This document shows, one piece after another, positions 6,746 through 11,363 of a stretch of 11,363 nt of DNA (position 1 is its first letter; every line of letters starts with the position of its first letter). The notes below the pieces were generated by a model that saw only the letters and a program-made list of their open reading frames with translations, searched no databases and was not told the DNA's origin. Source of the stretch: Salpingoeca rosetta (lineage: Eukaryota > Protista > Choanoflagellata). Location: assembly GCA_033442325.1 (NCBI GenBank), contig JAWQFM010000017.1, positions 710,060 to 721,422 on the forward strand, given 5' to 3'. A program made the position numbers and the translations under genes.

Positions 6746-8429
6746 GGCTCCTCCTTGTCGGCTGGCTTGTCGACGTAGCCCGTGCAGAGCGGCGTGCCGA
6801 CAGGCTTGCAGTCAGCCATGCCGAAGGTCTCCAGCACGTTGCGCAGGTAGTGCTCCTGGCTCATGGTGACGGTCCTGGCCTTGTGGTCGTGCTGCACCTT
6901 GATGCCGAGACATATGTCTGGACTGCCCAGGTCCTTCATCTTGAAGCGCTTGGAGATGGAGTTCTTGAACGCGGCCATGTCGCTGTCGCTGTCGGCGAAG
7001 ATGAGCAGGTCATCCACGTAGACGGCAACCCACATCACCTTGCCACCCTTGCAGGTGCGGCGGTAGATGCAGGTGTCCGTGGCTGTGGCGACGAAGTCCT
7101 GCTCGCGCATCCAGGCGTCCAGCGTGTGGTTCCATAAGCGCGGGCTCTGCTTCAGGCCATACAGCCCACGCTTGAGGCGCAGGACTGTATTCGGCGAGAA
7201 GATGCCGTCGACGGCCGGTGGCTGGACGTAGATCTCGTGGTCCACGGGCGCGTTGAGGAACGCCGTGTTGACGTCCATCTGCTGGATGTCCATGCCACGC
7301 GCGACGGCCATGGCGAGCATGGTGCGGATGGCTGCGATGGTAGCCGTCGGGGCAAAGGTGTCCGTGTAGTTGACACCGTGGACCTGGGAGTAGCCCTTGG
7401 CAACCCAGCGCGCCTTGTACTTGATCACCTTGCCCTGGTCGTCACGCTTCTTCCGAAAGATGACCATGCTGCGGAGCAGCTTGTGGCCCTTGGGAAGGTC
7501 AGCGCGAGGCACGACGTCGTAGACGTCATTGGCCTGCATTGCCGCAAACTCGTCCAGGATGGCTTGGCGCCACTCCTCAGAGTCTGGCGAGGCAAGCGCC
7601 TCCTTGACGGTGGCTGGCTCAGCTGACGTGGCAAAACTGCCAGCAGCGATGTCTGGTAGATGACCACCCACTGCTGATATCTTCTCCCCCGTACCAGCAG
7701 CGCTGGTGGCAACGTGACACGTGGTGGTTGAGCCACCAGAGGTGTCCTTGTCGCCGAGGGTCTCGGACACCAGCAGCTGGTCCCAGACGGAGCCGCCAAG
7801 GGCGCGTGGCTGGAGCTGCGGCTCCCCCGCACGTGGTGCAGTGGGAGCGCCGGTGGCACTGTCCTCGGTCGAACGCTGAGCGGTCTTGTTGGCATGCGAA
7901 GCAGAGGCACTGCTGTCGTCCTGCTCTTGCTGCTGCTGAGAGGAGGCGGCGTCCTTGTTCTTGATGGCGCCGAAGCGTGCGTGGATGGTGTGGACAACGC
8001 GTCGCGTGTCCGGCATCCAGACGACGTGGGCCTGGTCCTCCTCGGCGAAGCCGACGTAGACGCCGACGCGTGAGCGTGGGTCAAGCTTGTGCCGCGTGCT
8101 GCTCTTCTCCACATGCACGTAGGCCGGCGAGCCGAAGACGCGCAACAGGCTGACGTCGAAGGCGTGCCCAATCAGGGCCTCGAAGGGTGACTTGTCCTTG
8201 AGGCTCCTGCGTGGCGCGATGTTGTGCAGCAGCGTGGCGTGCTGCACGGCGAAGCCCCAGAACGGCTTGTCCAGGTCCGCAGCAAACAGCATCGTACGCG
8301 CCGTCTCGAAGAGGGTGCGGAAAGTGCGCTCCGCGGATCCGTTCTTGGCCTGCGAGTGCGGTGGCGAGAAGCGCTGCTTGATGTCGAAGGCCAGGCACAG
8401 GTCGGTGAAGTCCTGGCTCTTGAAGACGG
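6746..8429 (-). pseudogene. pol: Second, divergent Ty1/copia family (family B): integrase core/C-terminus, linker and reverse transcriptase, interrupted at 8429 by a family-A LTR
   Basis: Open frame VFKSQDF...SPPHSQAKNGSAER...LRVFGSPAYVH...EPATVKEAL...YKARWVAKGYSQVHG...QMDVNTAFL...LYGLKQSPRLW...YVDD (7009-7020)...FKMKDLG. Same motifs as family A but a clearly different sequence. The first ~29 aa of track ORF 6349..8514 are LTR read-through. Confidence 0.93.
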
Positions 8430-8985
8430 TGTAGAAACACGACAGGTGTTGTGTGTGTTTACTGTAGGCAAACGCAACAAACAAGAACACAAGGAGAATG
8501 CACAAGTACAACAAGCTGCTGCCAAATCAACTCGGGCAGCACGCTCAAACAAACACTCGACAAGTGCACACACAGTCAATGACGCTGCCAAGGCGACATG
8601 GGCAGAGTGTGCACGAACACAAGCAATCTAAACAATGAGCAGCATGCATACATGCGCGCAGAGCAATGCTAAGCATGGCATGAATGCTTGCAGGCAAGCA
8701 TACACAACAGACAACACTTCACAACACTACATGGCACGCAGGCATGGCATTTGCCAAACATGACGGGCATGCACACACACATGGCACACATGGCACACAA
8801 CTCACGTGTGCAGAAGGAGGAGGAGAGGAGAGGCAGTTGGCACACATGCATGCCAGCAGAGAGGAAGGAATGTTTGCCAACGGAAAAACCACAAAGCAGG
8901 TGTTGTTGGCAAACAAGACAAAACCACACGAGAAGGCAAATTAGGAAGGACTCAACACAAAACAGAAACTCACTGACTCTCAACA
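8430..8985 (-). repeat. Family-A 3' LTR, inverted (556 bp, complete)
   Basis: Reverse complement of 5503-6062 with roughly 15 differences by eye. On the + strand it starts TGTAGAAAC and ends CTCTCAACA. Confidence 0.96.
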
Positions 8986-9137
8986 CTCCCCCTCAACTGC
9001 CTTCCTCTGCTCCGTCTCAGCCGTCGAGGTTCCCACCAGTCGTGGCAGGTGCTGCTCGAAGGTCTGCTTGTCCAGTGCCTTGGTCAGCGCGTCGGCAACC
9101 ATCTGCGTGCCGGGACAGTGCTGCAGCACAATGGTTC
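8980..9137 (-). pseudogene. RNase H C-terminal remnant of the inverted family-A copy
   Basis: Reverse complement of 5351-5508 (TIVLQHCPGTQMVADALTKALDKQTFEQHLPRLVGTSTAETEQRKAVEGEC-stop). Homology ends abruptly at 9137. Confidence 0.92.
8986..8994 (-). promoter_or_regulatory. Polypurine tract of the inverted family-A copy
   Basis: CTCCCCCTC on + equals GAGGGGGAG on -, abutting the LTR. Confidence 0.9.
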
Positions 9138-9307
9138 TGTGCCATGTCGAACGCAAGACAAGCAGAGGATGTGCGTGTGTTTGTGTGTGCGTGCGTTAGC
9201 GTAGTGGTATGCTCACTTGTCTGCGTGTGTTTGTGTGGGTTTACTGTGTGATGTGGAAGACAGACGGGAACAGGATGATGAACACAAGTGAAGCACTCCC
9301 GCATTGT
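9138..9307 (-). mobile_element. Probable LTR terminus of a different element inserted in the family-A RNase H
   Basis: Non-coding TG-rich sequence starting with TGTG exactly where family-A homology ends. On the - strand it carries ACAGTAAAC plus a CA-rich tail like the family-A LTR 3' end, and finishes ...GGCACA. Confidence 0.5.
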
Positions 9308-9988
9308 NNNNNNNNNNNNNNNNNNNNNNNNNNNNNNNNNNNNNNNNNNNNNNNNNNNNNNNNNNNNNNNNNNNNNNNNNNNNNNNNNNNNNNNNNNNNN
9401 NNNNNNNNNNNNNNNNNNNNNNNNNNNNNNNNNNNNNNNNNNNNNNNNNNNNNNNNNNNNNNNNNNNNNNNNNNNNNNNNNNNNNNNNNNNNNNNNNNNN
9501 NNNNNNNNNNNNNNNNNNNNNNNNNNNNNNNNNNNNNNNNNNNNNNNNNNNNNNNNNNNNNNNNNNNNNNNNNNNNNNNNNNNNNNNNNNNNNNNNNNNN
9601 NNNNNNNNNNNNNNNNNNNNNNNNNNNNNNNNNNNNNNNNNNNNNNNNNNNNNNNNNNNNNNNNNNNNNNNNNNNNNNNNNNNNNNNNNNNNNNNNNNNN
9701 NNNNNNNNNNNNNNNNNNNNNNNNNNNNNNNNNNNNNNNNNNNNNNNNNNNNNNNNNNNNNNNNNNNNNNNNNNNNNNNNNNNNNNNNNNNNNNNNNNNN
9801 NNNNNNNNNNNNNNNNNNNNNNNNNNNNNNNNNNNNNNNNNNNNNNNNNNNNNNNNNNNNNNNNNNNNNNNNNNNNNNNNNNNNNNNNNNNNNNNNNNNN
9901 NNNNNNNNNNNNNNNNNNNNNNNNNNNNNNNNNNNNNNNNNNNNNNNNNNNNNNNNNNNNNNNNNNNNNNNNNNNNNNNNNNNNNNNN
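9308..9988. other. Assembly gap (681 N)
   Basis: Run of N. Confidence 0.99.
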
Positions 9989-10003
9989 CGAGCAACCACA
10001 CAA

Positions 10004-11363
10004 GCAGACACGGGTGCTTCACACCACCTCACCTTCGTCAAGGACGCCTTCGTGGAGCTGACACCGCACCTGCAACAGCACCATCACGCCACATCACTGC
10101 GTTTGGCGGCACACGTGTGCCCGTGCGCGGTGTTGGCTCTGTGCTGTTGCATGCACGCACGACGAGCGGAGCCAGGATGCAGATTGTGCTACAGGAGTGC
10201 CTCTACGTGCCCGAGGGCCAGGCCAACCTCATCGCCCTCGGTCGTCTGACCAGGGACAGCAGCGGCAGGCCAACGGGCCACTCGCAGCGTGATGGCGCTG
10301 ATGGGCACTACGTGCGCTTCAGCCACGGAGCCGAGGTCAAGCTGAAGGAGCGCAGCAGCCTCCGGTGCTGGCCCATTGTTGCTGTTGGTCCATCCACGGC
10401 ACACGGTCTCACCGCCGATGCCTGCAAGCAACCACAGCAACCCGCAGCAGCTCCTGCAGCCCAGAGCAAAGCACACACACCATCGATGCATGAGGTGCTT
10501 GGCCACCGCAACGACAACGACGTGCAGCAGTACTGCAAGCTGATGGGCATCGACGATCGCAACGCCATCAGCAGCAAGCAGTGTACAACGTGCGCAGTGA
10601 CCAAGAGCACTCGTCACAGCGTCAGCAAGCACGCGGAGGGCACACAGGTGCCCGGCGAGCGCATCCACGCCGACATCGTCGACTGGACCGCGGACTCACC
10701 CACGGGCAAGCGCTACAGCCTCGTCATCGTCGATGAGGGCAGTAAGCTCTTACATGCAGTCCACCTCAACGCCAAGAAGGACGCAGTTGCCGCGTTCCAG
10801 TCTTTCCTGCGCGAGACCAAGCTCCCCATCTCGCCCACAACAACAGCACTCCAGACGGATTCCGATGCCATCTTCCTCGGAGCTGACTTCCAGGCCATCG
10901 TCAAGAAGCACCTGAAGCAGCACCAGCAGTCCCCGCCGTACACCCAGGCGCAGAACGGCATCGTCGAGCGACAGGTGCGCACCCTCTCCGACATGGTGCG
11001 AGCCATGATCACGGGTGCAGGCCTCGACGCATCGTACTGGAGCCTCGCCTGCAACCACGCCCTGCACATCCTCAACAACATGCCTCGCCCTTCCCTCCAC
11101 GGCAAGACACCGCTGCAAATTGTCACGGGCTCGCTGCCCAAGCACGTGCCGCAGCTGCACATCTTCGGGCAGCCGGCCGTCGTCCACATCAGCACACAGC
11201 GCGGACGCCTGCAGCCCAAGGGTCGTCGAGGCATCTACGTCGGCCACAACAGCAGCAGCAACAGCCACCTCGTCTACTTTGCAGACACAAACACTGTTGT
11301 GTCCTCCATCCACGTCCGCTTCCTTTCCTTCTCCAAGGCCGATGTCATGGATGAGGGGGAGGA
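10004..11363 (+). pseudogene. Further family-A copy: protease-integrase fragment
   Basis: Matches 2256-~3617 with scattered substitutions, a 1-bp deletion near 10085 (CATCCACGC to CATCACGC) and a 3-bp deletion near 11341. It begins at the protease ADTG motif and runs off the window end. Confidence 0.92.

Noticed and set aside
5503-8985. Inverted LTR pair as terminal inverted repeats of a DNA transposon or DIRS-like element
   Set aside because: Each repeat has its own PPT and RNase H tail, so they are 3' LTRs of two separate copia copies. No transposase or tyrosine recombinase lies between them.
256-10249. ORFs containing long X runs (256..1389, 677..1291, 843..1370, 6052..7137, 9017..10003, 9209..10249 and similar)
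   Set aside because: Artefacts of translating through N-gaps.
1-11363. Naming the host species or a specific described family
   Set aside because: Composition resembles choanoflagellate DNA, but this needs a database search that I cannot run.

Overview
The whole window is a nest of eukaryotic Ty1/copia (Pseudoviridae) LTR retrotransposons broken by four N-gaps (850-1207, 3660-3859, 6360-6745, 9308-9988). No host gene, RNA gene or CRISPR array is visible. A near full-length family-A element (608-6062, + strand; LTR ~560 bp, gag-PR-IN-RT-RH at 1284-5508) sits co-oriented inside another family-A copy (arms 1-607 and 6063-6359), with an intact 5-bp target-site duplication GAGGA. The insertion point lies on an internal exact copy of the element's own polypurine tract (TGAGGGGGAG, a candidate central PPT), so the interrupted host now reads IN-PPT-GA-LTR. 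Further right, a divergent copia family B (IN-RT, 6746-8429, - strand) is interrupted by the 3' end of another family-A copy (LTR 8430-8985, PPT, RNase H tail). That copy is cut at 9137/9138 by an unrelated LTR-like sequence. A further family-A fragment (PR-IN, 10004-11363) stops at exactly the same GAGGA as the first insertion site. GC3-rich coding sequence and TG/CA-rich non-coding sequence suggest a GC-rich protist such as a choanoflagellate (inference only). Several joins run across gaps, so assembly artefacts cannot be excluded.
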